This document shows positions 9,467 to 17,593 of a stretch of DNA of 64,000 nt, one piece after another. Below the pieces are notes generated by a model that saw nothing but the letters and a program-made list of their open reading frames with translations, was not told where the DNA came from and did no database searches. This DNA is from Candidatus Iainarchaeum sp. (GTDB lineage: Archaea > Iainarchaeota > Iainarchaeia > Iainarchaeales > VGJJ01). The stretch lies in NCBI GenBank assembly GCA_016198125.1, contig JACQJG010000009.1:5104-69103 (forward strand), in the 5' to 3' direction. Position 1 is the stretch's first letter, and each line of letters begins with the position of its first letter. A program made the position numbers and the translations under genes.

Positions 9467-10206
9467 GGATTTTCCCCCCCTGGAGTTGGTTGTTGCTTGG
9501 GCGGTTCACTTGCAGGCAGCTTTTGCTTGGCTCCAATAAGAATGGGCGGGCTCATGGTCATTTTGACGTAAAGCGATTTTACATTCATTTCCTTTGCAGG
9601 CAGTGTATTAATCACGGTGTGGTAGACGCTGTGCATGTTTTCAGCGATTTCCTCGTCTGCCATGTCTTCTTTTCCCACGGACACATGTACAACGGGCATG
9701 AACTTTCCGCGCTTGTTGGATACTCTTACCACGCTCTTGATTTGCGCAATCAATTCTTCCAGTCCGGCGGTGAGTGCTGGTTCAACGGGTTTTGGCATTT
9801 TTCCTTTCGGGGCAAGCTGTTGCCCCAAGTGCTTTGCCACGGTGAGCATGACCGGGCCCTCTGCAATAAAGCCATTGTAGGTTTGCACGAGCTCGTTTAC
9901 CTCTTTTTTTGAAAGGCCTTTTATTTCGTCTTCCATGACAATGCGGTCTGCCTTGTCCTTTAACTGCGAGGCAAAGTTTTTGTCCCGCACAAACGCGAGC
10001 ACTTTTCCTGCGCCTTTCCCGATGGAATGAGGCAATCGGACTTCCACGTCCACCTGGTTTTCAGGCTTCTTGAAATCCAAGCCCTTGAAGTTAATGCTCA
10101 TGTCCAGGGTTTGCTTGAACTTGCGCGGTTTTGAGGAAGCGCGCAATGCGTGCAGGGCCTGAACCATTACACTTTTTTCCATAAACCCCATTACCTCCCG
10201 CTCCAA
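9463..10206 (-). CDS. rpl1: ribosomal protein uL1
   Basis: Contains SKPRKFKQTLDMSINFKGLDFKKPENQVDVEVRLPH and the MPKPV motif typical of uL1. The true start may be an internal Met (MEKSV). The stop overlaps the P0 start by 4 nt. Confidence 0.85.
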   Translation of the reverse strand: MEREVMGFMEKSVMVQALHALRASSKPRKFKQTLDMSINFKGLDFKKPENQVDVEVRLPHSIGKGAGKVLAFVRDKNFASQLKDKADRIVMEDEIKGLSKKEVNELVQTYNGFIAEGPVMLTVAKHLGQQLAPKGKMPKPVEPALTAGLEELIAQIKSVVRVSNKRGKFMPVVHVSVGKEDMADEEIAENMHSVYHTVINTLPAKEMNVKSLYVKMTMSPPILIGAKQKLPASEPPKQQPTPGGENP

Positions 10207-10291
10207 GGCGGTACAACCGGTTAAAAACCGTTAATTACTGGGTTATACGATTAAACCTTTGGGAAAGGCTTTTAAAAGAACCGCTTGAACG

Positions 10292-11311
10292 TTAGCCTCT
10301 TGAAGGAATCCAAAATCCTTTTTCTCGGGCCCATTCAAGGGTGTCCTTCAACGAGGCTTCGGCGTGCAAAGGCTTAAAGCGCAGTTCTCTTCGCGCCTTG
10401 GAAGTGTCATAGCATGCATACGTTCCCATGCATTCTTCTACAAGTTCTCTGGAGATGAAGGTAGAAGCGCGTGCAAGCCCGCTTAATGCGTCTGCCACTT
10501 CTCCCACTACAAGGGCCACGCGTTTGGGGGCCTCAAATGCAGGGGCCTGAATGCCTGTCAGGTTTTCAAGCATGCGCAAATACCCTTGTACGGTGGCAAA
10601 TTCTCCAGCCAACAAATAGCGTTCCAATGGTTTTCCGTTTTGCTCGCATGCCATCATGGCGCGCGCCACGTCTCTTGCATCCACTACCTGCCAGCCTCCT
10701 TCAAATGAAAGAGGCATGCGACGCTGAATAAAATCCAGGATGAATTGAATGTGTGGAGTGGAATGGTAAAAGTAAGGACCGGTTACAAAAGAGGGAAGTA
10801 CAAAGGAAACATTAAGATTGTATTTGACTGCATATGCGCGTGCATGCTGTTCTGCAAGGGTTTGGGCCCTTGCATAGGGCAACAAAGGGTGTTCATTCCA
10901 TTGCGTTTCATTCAATGGCTGGCTTGGATTGGGAGTCAAACCTGTTGCAATGGCATTGCTTGCGTATATCACCTTTTTTACTTTCTCGCGTTTGCACGCG
11001 CGCAGAATGCCTTCACTCATTTCAAGCGTGGGCTGAATGATTTCCCTTTCAGGATTCAATGCATGCCGTTTATGCACGCCCGCGCAATGGTACACGGCAT
11101 TGCACCCTTTTACTGCGGCATGGGCTTGAAAGGGCTGGGTCAAATCCCCTTGAATGACTTCGCATCCCCATGCACGCAGTCTCTGAGCGTCCTCAGCCCT
11201 GCGCACCGTGGCGCGAACACTTCTTCCTGCATGAAGCAACTGCAGCACCACGTTCGTACCCGTGTGGCCGCCAGCGCCTGTCACGAGAACAAGGTCTTTT
11301 TTGAGGGGCAT
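10292..11311 (-). CDS. NAD(P)-binding extended SDR (epimerase/reductase-like), atypical active site
   Basis: Rossmann motif VTGAGGHTGTNVV. It resembles the dihydroflavonol/cinnamoyl-CoA-reductase branch, but the canonical Y-x-x-S-K-T-L-A-E reads Y-A-R-A-Q-T-L-A-E, so the catalytic Lys is replaced by Gln. Confidence 0.7.
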   Translation of the reverse strand: MPLKKDLVLVTGAGGHTGTNVVLQLLHAGRSVRATVRRAEDAQRLRAWGCEVIQGDLTQPFQAHAAVKGCNAVYHCAGVHKRHALNPEREIIQPTLEMSEGILRACKREKVKKVIYASNAIATGLTPNPSQPLNETQWNEHPLLPYARAQTLAEQHARAYAVKYNLNVSFVLPSFVTGPYFYHSTPHIQFILDFIQRRMPLSFEGGWQVVDARDVARAMMACEQNGKPLERYLLAGEFATVQGYLRMLENLTGIQAPAFEAPKRVALVVGEVADALSGLARASTFISRELVEECMGTYACYDTSKARRELRFKPLHAEASLKDTLEWAREKGFWIPSRG

Positions 11312-11374
11312 GTGAAGTTTACGTAATCTGCCTTTAAAATGGACACCCCAAATATATAAAAAAAGAGGACAAGC

Positions 11375-11656
11375 ATGTCACGCTCAAAGTGTTCCTTAAA
11401 AAAAAGTCTTAAACTCGGAAGAGTGGCGGACAGTTATAAGAAAGGCAAGGCCTCGATTGACAAGGCGGCCAAAGTGGCTGGTTTAACTGTCAGCGAGATG
11501 ATGGAAACGGTGGCAGCCCGTGGTATGAAATCCGATGAAACCGTTGAGGATTACCGGCAAGGCGTCAGGGCCCTTCTAAAAAAATCAACTCCAAGCGCTT
11601 TTTCCCGCCGTTCTTGCAGTTTTAGGCAAAACAGATTTAAACAGGTTGACGGATGA
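11375..11656 (+). CDS. UPF0175-family small HTH-like protein
   Basis: KKGKASIDKAAKVAGLTVSEMMETVAARGM matches the UPF0175 pattern (G.IS.G.AAE.AG.S..EF...L...G). A TATA-like ATATATAAAA lies about 25 nt upstream. The C-terminal 25 residues may be read-through. Confidence 0.55.
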   Translation: MSRSKCSLKKSLKLGRVADSYKKGKASIDKAAKVAGLTVSEMMETVAARGMKSDETVEDYRQGVRALLKKSTPSAFSRRSCSFRQNRFKQVDG

Positions 11657-11663
11657 TCATATC

Positions 11664-11804
11664 ATGAAAACGGTAACGGTATCCAAACACGAGGCAATAA
11701 AGAAGGGCCTGCTCGAAAAAGACGAATTATTCATTGAATTAATGAAAGGATTGGAAGACATCCGGCTCGGTCGCGTTTCAGAATGGAAACCAAAGCCTAG
11801 ATAA
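11664..11804 (+). CDS. 46-aa conserved small protein convergent with the RelE-like gene, copy 2
   Basis: Translation is MKTVTVSKHEAIKKGLLEKDELFIELMKGLEDIRLGRVSEWKPKPR. It is the same length as copy 1 and shares its MKT..T..K start and LED...GR.SEWKP end. A TATA-like GATTTAAACAGG lies about 28 nt upstream. It overlaps the partner gene by 8 nt. Confidence 0.45.
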   Translation: MKTVTVSKHEAIKKGLLEKDELFIELMKGLEDIRLGRVSEWKPKPR

Positions 11805-12129
11805 GGTTCAATTTTTTTAGAATGCTTTGCATAAAGTCCTTGTAATGTCCCAGTTTCATTCTTATCTCTTGAATCGTGGAAGCCTGTTCTTTTTTATTGC
11901 TGATATTAATTATCATCACAGATTTCCATTCCTCATAAACCAAATAATACACCCGCTTGCCATTGAATTTTTTCTCGCGAAAAAAATGAACCCCCAAAGG
12001 CTTTCCAACCATGCCAGGCTTTTCAGTTAGTTGATTCAAAAACCGTTCAACCCGCGCTTTTTCAAAAACGGTTAACCTGACAAACTTTTCATCAAATTGA
12101 ACATTCTTGAAAACCCGGTAGGCATTCAT
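11797..12129 (-). CDS. RelE/ParE-like protein (putative toxin), copy 2
   Basis: 110 aa, MNAYRVFKNVQFDEKF...GKPLGVHFFREKKFNGKRVYYLVYEE. Paralog of 5301..5633. Confidence 0.5.
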   Translation of the reverse strand: MNAYRVFKNVQFDEKFVRLTVFEKARVERFLNQLTEKPGMVGKPLGVHFFREKKFNGKRVYYLVYEEWKSVMIINISNKKEQASTIQEIRMKLGHYKDFMQSILKKLNLI

Positions 12130-12148
12130 TAACCAGTGCTATGACAGG

Positions 12149-12183
12149 GAATTAAAATCGTTTTCGCTGAACGCATTTAAACA
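12149..12183 (-). promoter_or_regulatory. TATA-like box (GTTTAAATG) plus conserved 19-nt element GCGAAAACGATTTTAATTC upstream of RelE-like copy 2
   Basis: The reverse complement of 12149..12167 is identical to 5261..5279. The 6-nt spacing to the TATA box is the same. Confidence 0.55.
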
Positions 12184-12283
12184 CTCGGGCGTTTTTTGTG
12201 CCGCGGTTGTAATGCGCGCATTGTTTTTAAGTTCAAAAGGCCCTTGGATTTTTAGCCTTTGTTCATAGAATTCATGGACTTGT

Positions 12284-12754
12284 TCAAGCAAACGCCGAGT
12301 CGTATTTTCCTTGGTCGAATTCTTTTTGCACTTCCTTGGCGTGTTTTCCTTCAATTGTAATGCCCATGGAATTGCACGTGCCGATGATTTCTCGTACAGC
12401 GCTGCGCAGGGTGTAGGAATTCAAATACTGCATTTTCATTTCCGCGATTTTTTTCACCTGGTCCATGGAAAGGTTTCCCTTGACCTCGGTTTTTGGATTG
12501 GCCGCGCCCTTTTCGCCTTTGGCTTCCTGGAGGATGAGCGCGCTCGTGGGAGGGCTTCCCACTGAGATTGTGTAATTCTTTTTTGCGTCCACTTCAATTT
12601 TAATGGGTACTTTGATGCCGGAAAATTGCCTGGTTTTCTCGTTGATGTCTGCAATGATTTTGCCCACATTCAGGCCCAGGGGCGCGAGCGCTGGTCCCAG
12701 GGGGGGCGCCGGAGTGGCTTTTCCGCCTTCCACCAATGCCTTGATTTCTGTCAT
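12284..12754 (-). CDS. rpl11: ribosomal protein uL11
   Basis: Contains GGKATPAPPLGPALAPLGLNVGKIIADINEKT, the uL11 N-terminal signature. Confidence 0.9.
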   Translation of the reverse strand: MTEIKALVEGGKATPAPPLGPALAPLGLNVGKIIADINEKTRQFSGIKVPIKIEVDAKKNYTISVGSPPTSALILQEAKGEKGAANPKTEVKGNLSMDQVKKIAEMKMQYLNSYTLRSAVREIIGTCNSMGITIEGKHAKEVQKEFDQGKYDSAFA

Positions 12755-12775
12755 AAATGTTCCCCCTCCATTGTT

Positions 12776-13216
12776 TCATTCTTTGATGATGCGAATGTGT
12801 TCTGCGCTAATGGTAACAGGGATTTTTACTGCGGCTTCCAGTAATTCAACCGTGACTTCTTCTTTGGTGTCGTTCACCCGGACAACGCGTGCCTTTTCTC
12901 CCTTGAACGGGCCTGCAATCAACTCTACTTTTTGGTCGGGTTTGATGGCCTGCATTAAGGGCTTGGATTCAATGATGCTGGAAAGCTCTTCGATTTTAAC
13001 CTCGCCTCCCACTACTCCCCGGCCCTTGATGTGGGGCACGTTTAACACGCCCCGGGTGACAGTCATTTGATTGTCTGCTTCAATAAGAACGTATCCTTTA
13101 AGGTTGGGCATGACTGAAACCGAGTACACGTTCAGGCTTTCCTTGCGGACCTTGTTGACAAGAATGTCTACCACCAGGGCTTCCTGGCCCACGGTAGTGC
13201 GTACAGTAAAAATCAT
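12776..13216 (-). CDS. spt5: transcription elongation factor Spt5 (NusG)
   Basis: 146 aa with an NGN domain start (IFTVRTTVGQE) and a KOW motif (GPFKGEKARVVRV). Conserved position between secE and L11. Confidence 0.85.
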   Translation of the reverse strand: MIFTVRTTVGQEALVVDILVNKVRKESLNVYSVSVMPNLKGYVLIEADNQMTVTRGVLNVPHIKGRGVVGGEVKIEELSSIIESKPLMQAIKPDQKVELIAGPFKGEKARVVRVNDTKEEVTVELLEAAVKIPVTISAEHIRIIKE

Positions 13217-13344
13217 GGGTTTCTCCTTTTATCCTTTAACCGGGCATATTCCCCTTTAAGCGCGCAAAAACACTGCCTTAAAAGAGGAATAATTATAGTG
13301 TTTGACCACCGATTCCTTTTTAAATCAAGCCTCGAGTGCCGGGG

Positions 13345-13719
13345 TTATAATCCGAGGAAGGCGAATATAAAGTGGATGATGAAACCGATGATGCCAATGA
13401 GCACAATGCCCAGCGCCGTGATTTTGAGCATGCCTGTGAATTCTTTTCTGTCGGGTTTTCTGCTCACGTGAAAGATGCGTTTGGCGTCTGCAATGAAATG
13501 CTGAATGCGCGCTCCAATCCCCGGGCCTTTGAACCCGGTGCTTTGCTGTCCAAATACAGGTTTTTTTTCGTCTTTGGACCGCCCATCCAGCGGCTTTTCC
13601 TGAGAAGGGTGCTCGGCTTCTTCGGCCATTTGTTCTTCCGTGCCGTCCAAGGCTTCGCCTTCGGCTTGTGAAGATGCAGTTTCATCTTTTGTTTCTCTTT
13701 TCATTTCTTCTTCAGGCAT
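13345..13719 (-). CDS. secE: protein translocase subunit SecE/Sec61-gamma with acidic N-terminal extension
   Basis: The C-terminal part, FHVSRKPDRKEFTGMLKITALGIVLIGIIGFIIHFIF, is the SecE amphipathic and TM helix. The N-terminal 60 residues are an E/K-rich extension. Confidence 0.8.
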   Translation of the reverse strand: MPEEEMKRETKDETASSQAEGEALDGTEEQMAEEAEHPSQEKPLDGRSKDEKKPVFGQQSTGFKGPGIGARIQHFIADAKRIFHVSRKPDRKEFTGMLKITALGIVLIGIIGFIIHFIFAFLGL

Positions 13720-13759
13720 GAATTATTCCTTTAGGGTTTTCATTTTTTGCGCGTATTTT

Positions 13760-14989
13760 TTATCCGGTGAATTCAATGTCCAAGTCCAATGGTTTTCCGC
13801 GTTCAAAGGATCCTGCTTCCAGGTAAGGAAATTGGCCGCCTGCAATGACTACCATGGCTTGAATGTGGTTGCGCTGCATTTCCTCATCAATCATGGCCCC
13901 CCAAATAATGTGCGCGTCCCCGCTGATTTTCGAGGAAACCGCTTCCACAATCATTTCAGCTTCCCGCAGAGTCATGTCCGCGCCTCCCACTACGTTAACC
14001 AGGGCGCGTGTGGCTCCTGTAATGTCCACGTCCAATAATGGAGAGGTAAGCGCGTTTTCCACTGCTTCAAGCGCGCGCGCTTCCGAGGCTTTTTCCGAAT
14101 GGCTTTCTCCCAAGCCTATCATGGCTGCCCCTCCACGTGTGAGAATGGTTCTAAGGTCTGCAAAGTCCAGGTTAATGAGCCCTGGTTTGGTGACCATTTC
14201 AGTGATGCCTTTGACTGCATTTGTAAGCACTTCGTCTGCGACTTTAAACGCGGCATTCACCGGCAGGTCTGGTGCAATTTCAAGTATTTTATCGTTGGGT
14301 ATGATGATCAGCGTGTCCACTTCTTTTTTCATGCGGTCCAATCCTTCCAGTGCGTTTTCAATCCTGCGCTTGCCTTCCACGCTGAATGGCAATGTTACAA
14401 CCCCAATGGTGAGCGCGCGCACTTCCTTTGCAACCTTGGCCACTACCGGGGCTGCTCCAGTCCCAGTGCCACCGCCCAATCCGCATGTAATAAACACCAA
14501 GTCCGTGCCTTTCAACAGGTCGCGCAAATCGCTTTCATTTTCTTTGGCAGCGGCCTCTCCCACGCTTGGATCTGAGCCTGCGCCCAAGCCCTTGGTGAGC
14601 TGTCTTCCGATCAGCACTTTTCTGTCTGCATCTACATGCAACAATGCCTGCGCGTCTGTGTTCACTGCGTACGTTTCGGCGCCCAGTATGCCGATTTCAT
14701 TCATGCGTTGAATGGTGTTGCACCCTCCGCCTCCGCATCCAATGACCCGGATGCGCGCCTGGCTTGTTTCCAGTAATTTGGCCAGTTCATCGTCTTCCTG
14801 CTGGGAAGACTTTTTCTTGGCGGGCTTTCCTTCATACGTCCTGGACAACGCGCTTTTAATGCTCCGTTCCACAATGTTTTTCACGCTGATGCACCCCTTT
14901 CCCTGCAAATCATAGCAAGCAAAAACTTTGTATGCGTGTATGCTTTTTCTTCCCAAGAGTTTAAAAAGACTTGGCGATGCCTCGGCCAA
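13760..14989 (-). CDS. ftsZ: cell division GTPase FtsZ
   Basis: Contains VIGCGGGGCNT and the tubulin signature GGGTGTGAAPVVA. The track start at 14989 is TTG, and no in-frame ATG precedes the nucleotide-binding core, so the exact start is uncertain. Confidence 0.9.
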   Translation of the reverse strand: MAEASPSLFKLLGRKSIHAYKVFACYDLQGKGCISVKNIVERSIKSALSRTYEGKPAKKKSSQQEDDELAKLLETSQARIRVIGCGGGGCNTIQRMNEIGILGAETYAVNTDAQALLHVDADRKVLIGRQLTKGLGAGSDPSVGEAAAKENESDLRDLLKGTDLVFITCGLGGGTGTGAAPVVAKVAKEVRALTIGVVTLPFSVEGKRRIENALEGLDRMKKEVDTLIIIPNDKILEIAPDLPVNAAFKVADEVLTNAVKGITEMVTKPGLINLDFADLRTILTRGGAAMIGLGESHSEKASEARALEAVENALTSPLLDVDITGATRALVNVVGGADMTLREAEMIVEAVSSKISGDAHIIWGAMIDEEMQRNHIQAMVVIAGGQFPYLEAGSFERGKPLDLDIEFTG

Positions 14990-15007
14990 CAGCGTACATA
15001 AACGGGT

Positions 15008-15844
15008 TCAGGGGTTCTTTATCTCTGTAAATGCGCGCGCGATTTGGCTTGCGGGCAGGGCAAATACTTTTTCCCTGGCTCCAGGCACGCGTTTTGCCTT
15101 TTCATCAAAATCCTTCAGGGAAGCCCATGCAAAACCCTGCCTGGACAGAAAGGATTTGGATTGGAGGAGCGCGTTTTGAAGGGTCTTGTTTTTGTACCGG
15201 AAAATGGTTTTCAAAAACGGAATGAATTCTTTTGGAGGCAGAAGCTTTTCGCGCTTGCGGTCCAACCGTATTAACTGGGATTCCATGGGCGGCCGGGGAA
15301 AGAATGCGGTTGGTTTCACGCGTGAAATTTCCATTCCATTGCAATAGTATTGAGTTGATGCGCTCAGTGCATTGTAGTCCTTAAGGCCCTCGAATGCAAG
15401 CACGCGGTCTGCAAACTCTTTTTGCATTAAGAGCACAGCACACTTGAATTCGCGTTCAAGCAATTTGAATACGAGTTCCGTGGAAATACTGTAGGGGGGC
15501 GCGCCCACGAGTTTTGTGAACGAAGGCCATTCCACTTCAAGCGCGTTTCCGCGCAGCAATGTAAACTGGTTGCGTGCAATTTCCGGGGAAAACTTTTCAT
15601 TTAAAACGTTGCAAAGGGCATTGTCCAATTCAATGCCAATGACCTTGCAGTGATTCAGGAGAGCGGCAGTTAGAAACCCTGTTCCACTGCCCACTTCAAG
15701 TACGATATCCTGCGCATTCAAATCGGCTGTGCGCACTATTTCTTGTATTACTTTTTCTTCAATTAAGAAGTGCTGGCCGAATTTTTTGACTGGTTTGAAC
15801 GCGTGCTGTGCCATGAGGGCGTTGAGTTCAACGAGTAATGTCAT
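15008..15844 (-). CDS. ksgA: 16S rRNA adenine dimethyltransferase KsgA/Dim1
   Basis: Contains FGQHFLIEEKVIQEIV and the SAM motif VLEVGSGTGFLT. Conserved archaeal neighbourhood with DUF655. Confidence 0.85.
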   Translation of the reverse strand: MTLLVELNALMAQHAFKPVKKFGQHFLIEEKVIQEIVRTADLNAQDIVLEVGSGTGFLTAALLNHCKVIGIELDNALCNVLNEKFSPEIARNQFTLLRGNALEVEWPSFTKLVGAPPYSISTELVFKLLEREFKCAVLLMQKEFADRVLAFEGLKDYNALSASTQYYCNGMEISRVKPTAFFPRPPMESQLIRLDRKREKLLPPKEFIPFLKTIFRYKNKTLQNALLQSKSFLSRQGFAWASLKDFDEKAKRVPGAREKVFALPASQIARAFTEIKNP

Positions 15845-16617
15845 GGGCTTCCCGTTTGCGTTTCCGAGGAATCACTGGTTGGACTGGATTCTTTGGAGGG
15901 ATTTGAAGGGGATTCTTCCACGGGCGCGGTTTTTTGTTCGGGCTTGGAAGCGTATTGTGTACGTCCCTGGAATCGTTGGGAATGCTCTCTGGTATTGTCA
16001 CGGTCGCGTTCCCTTCTAAACCCGCGTTCCCTTCTGAACTCGTTTTTTCGCAGTTCTTCCCGTTCCTGCATGGAAGGAGGCGGGCGTGCAAACAAGTGGT
16101 ATTTTTCACTGCCCTCCATTTCCTGTACAATGCGTCTTTTGAGAATGGAAATCGGGTTGGGCATCAGGTGCACGCGGGCTTCCATGTCTTCGTAGGAGTC
16201 AAAAACCTTTTCCGTGCGGCGTGCAAGGATTTCCTGCATGTGCTTTTTTCCAAGCCCTGGGATGAGTTCCAGTTGGTGCAAGCGCAATGTGAGAGGCCCG
16301 CACGTGTTGAAGAACTTGATGAACCTGTATTCCTGGGTTTTGAGCACGCGTTCAATGGCCTTGTCCAGCTCGGATTTGGCGTTGTTGGTCAGTTCATCAA
16401 AACCGATGCGGCGCCGGATGAATTGGACTTGGGGCCTTTCTTCCCGGCCAATGTACGCCTCTTCCAATGGTTTGAGTTCGATGCCTGGCTTGGGAATGAT
16501 TTCAAGCAGGGAAAAGTATTGTTCGCCCATGACCTGGGCAATGGGTTCTGAGGTGTGGCTGACGCTCCTGCCTTTTGGGAGAAAATCCAACACCAGTGCC
16601 TTTTCTTCGCTTATCAT
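15841..16617 (-). CDS. DUF655-family nucleic-acid-binding protein with low-complexity tail
   Basis: The N-terminus MISEEKALVLDFLPKGR and helix-hairpin-helix-like LELIPGLGKKHMQEIL are typical of the archaeal DUF655 protein encoded next to ksgA. The C-terminal ~80 aa are an R/E-rich then S/P-rich tail. Confidence 0.7.
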   Translation of the reverse strand: MISEEKALVLDFLPKGRSVSHTSEPIAQVMGEQYFSLLEIIPKPGIELKPLEEAYIGREERPQVQFIRRRIGFDELTNNAKSELDKAIERVLKTQEYRFIKFFNTCGPLTLRLHQLELIPGLGKKHMQEILARRTEKVFDSYEDMEARVHLMPNPISILKRRIVQEMEGSEKYHLFARPPPSMQEREELRKNEFRRERGFRRERDRDNTREHSQRFQGRTQYASKPEQKTAPVEESPSNPSKESSPTSDSSETQTGSP

Positions 16618-16687
16618 AATTCATCAAATCCCCTTTTCATTTGCAGCGCTTTTTTTCCACCCCAAAAAAAAAGGTTGAATGCACTTT

Positions 16688-17035
16688 TCAAGTGGAAGCG
16701 TGTTTTTTCACGTGCCTGAGAATGCCATTCAGGTCCTCTTCAGAGGCCTTGGCATTCTTTGGCACCAATAATTTAAGGGTTTCCAGGTCGTCCGGGAGAA
16801 TGTCCACTATCTTTACCCGTGTTTCCGCGTCCAAGACCTCAACCTTTTGAAGTTCTTCCATCAACTCTTTGGCCTGGGCTTTGGAGAGCTTGGCAAATTT
16901 TTTAACGTAATCATCGCTCTGGTTTTGTTCATAGGTTAACACTGCATTTTCCATGCTTTCCGCCCTCGCTTTGATGAGTTCACGCACGTCTACAAGCGGG
17001 ATGGGCTTTTTTTCAATCAATTGTTTTCCAATCAT
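16688..17035 (-). CDS. rpoF: RNA polymerase subunit Rpo4 (RpoF)
   Basis: Contains MIGKQLIEKKPIPLVDVRELI...LSKAQAKELMEEL...KIVDILPDDLETLKLL. The track ORF extends to a TTG at 17077, which would overlap the eL21 stop by 4 nt. The ATG at 17035 is chosen here. Confidence 0.75.
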   Translation of the reverse strand: MIGKQLIEKKPIPLVDVRELIKARAESMENAVLTYEQNQSDDYVKKFAKLSKAQAKELMEELQKVEVLDAETRVKIVDILPDDLETLKLLVPKNAKASEEDLNGILRHVKKHAST

Positions 17036-17073
17036 ATATGGGCACGCACCTTTTTTATTTTTTAATTTTCTTT

Positions 17074-17421
17074 TCAAGCGGCAAGCGGGGCCGGGTGGCT
17101 TTCCGGGGATTGTTCCTGGATGCGCGTTAAATGCGCGGCTGTTACTACAAGTTGCATGGGTTTGTTTCCTTTATTGATGCGCACCTTGAACGCGCGGCCC
17201 TGCTTTCCTATGACCTGGCCGGTGAGGCCCTGGTACCTGGAAAAGGGCATGTTGCGGTTGAATGAAGGATCCACATTCACTTGCACGCGTGCTCCTATGG
17301 GAAACTCGCGCAAGAGTCTTGCCACCGTATTCTTTCCCCGGCGGGAGCGAAACTTGCTGAACTTGGCGCGCGTCCTGTGATGCTTTCCCCGTGCTTTTTT
17401 TCCCGGCATACTTTCATACAA
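17074..17421 (-). CDS. rpl21e: ribosomal protein eL21
   Basis: Contains GKHHRTRAKFSKFRSRRGKNTVARLL...VNVDPSF...RYQGLTGQVIGKQGRAF, the eL21 pattern. Confidence 0.85.
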   Translation of the reverse strand: MYESMPGKKARGKHHRTRAKFSKFRSRRGKNTVARLLREFPIGARVQVNVDPSFNRNMPFSRYQGLTGQVIGKQGRAFKVRINKGNKPMQLVVTAAHLTRIQEQSPESHPAPLAA

Positions 17422-17593
17422 CCCCGAACGGCTTTTAAAGGGGTTTTAACCCCCCTCATTTGGCTTTAAAACACTGTTTCCTGGGTTAATAAACCCTTAT
17501 TTAAATACATTTTTAAGCGTTTGCCACCCACTTTAAATAATCCTTTTTAAACCCCCTTTTGGGTTTAAGGGGAGTGAGGGGAGCGGGAGAAAA

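Noticed and set aside
11590-11663. A possible remnant of a PIN/DUF3368 toxin gene downstream of the UPF0175 gene, in an alternative frame reading LQALFPAVLAVLGKTDLNRL.
   Set aside because: The resemblance to the DUF3368 N-terminus is too weak and short to support a pseudogene call.
5301-12129. The idea that the two inverted RelE-like modules are terminal repeats of a mobile element or invertible segment enclosing 5.8-11.6 kb.
   Set aside because: DNA identity between the modules is low except for the 19-nt promoter element. No transposase or integrase is present, and the enclosed genes include core ribosomal proteins.
13863-14711. A 282-aa plus-strand ORF opposite ftsZ.
   Set aside because: It is antisense to the unambiguous FtsZ gene, and its translation is a Ser/Ala/Pro-rich string without motifs.
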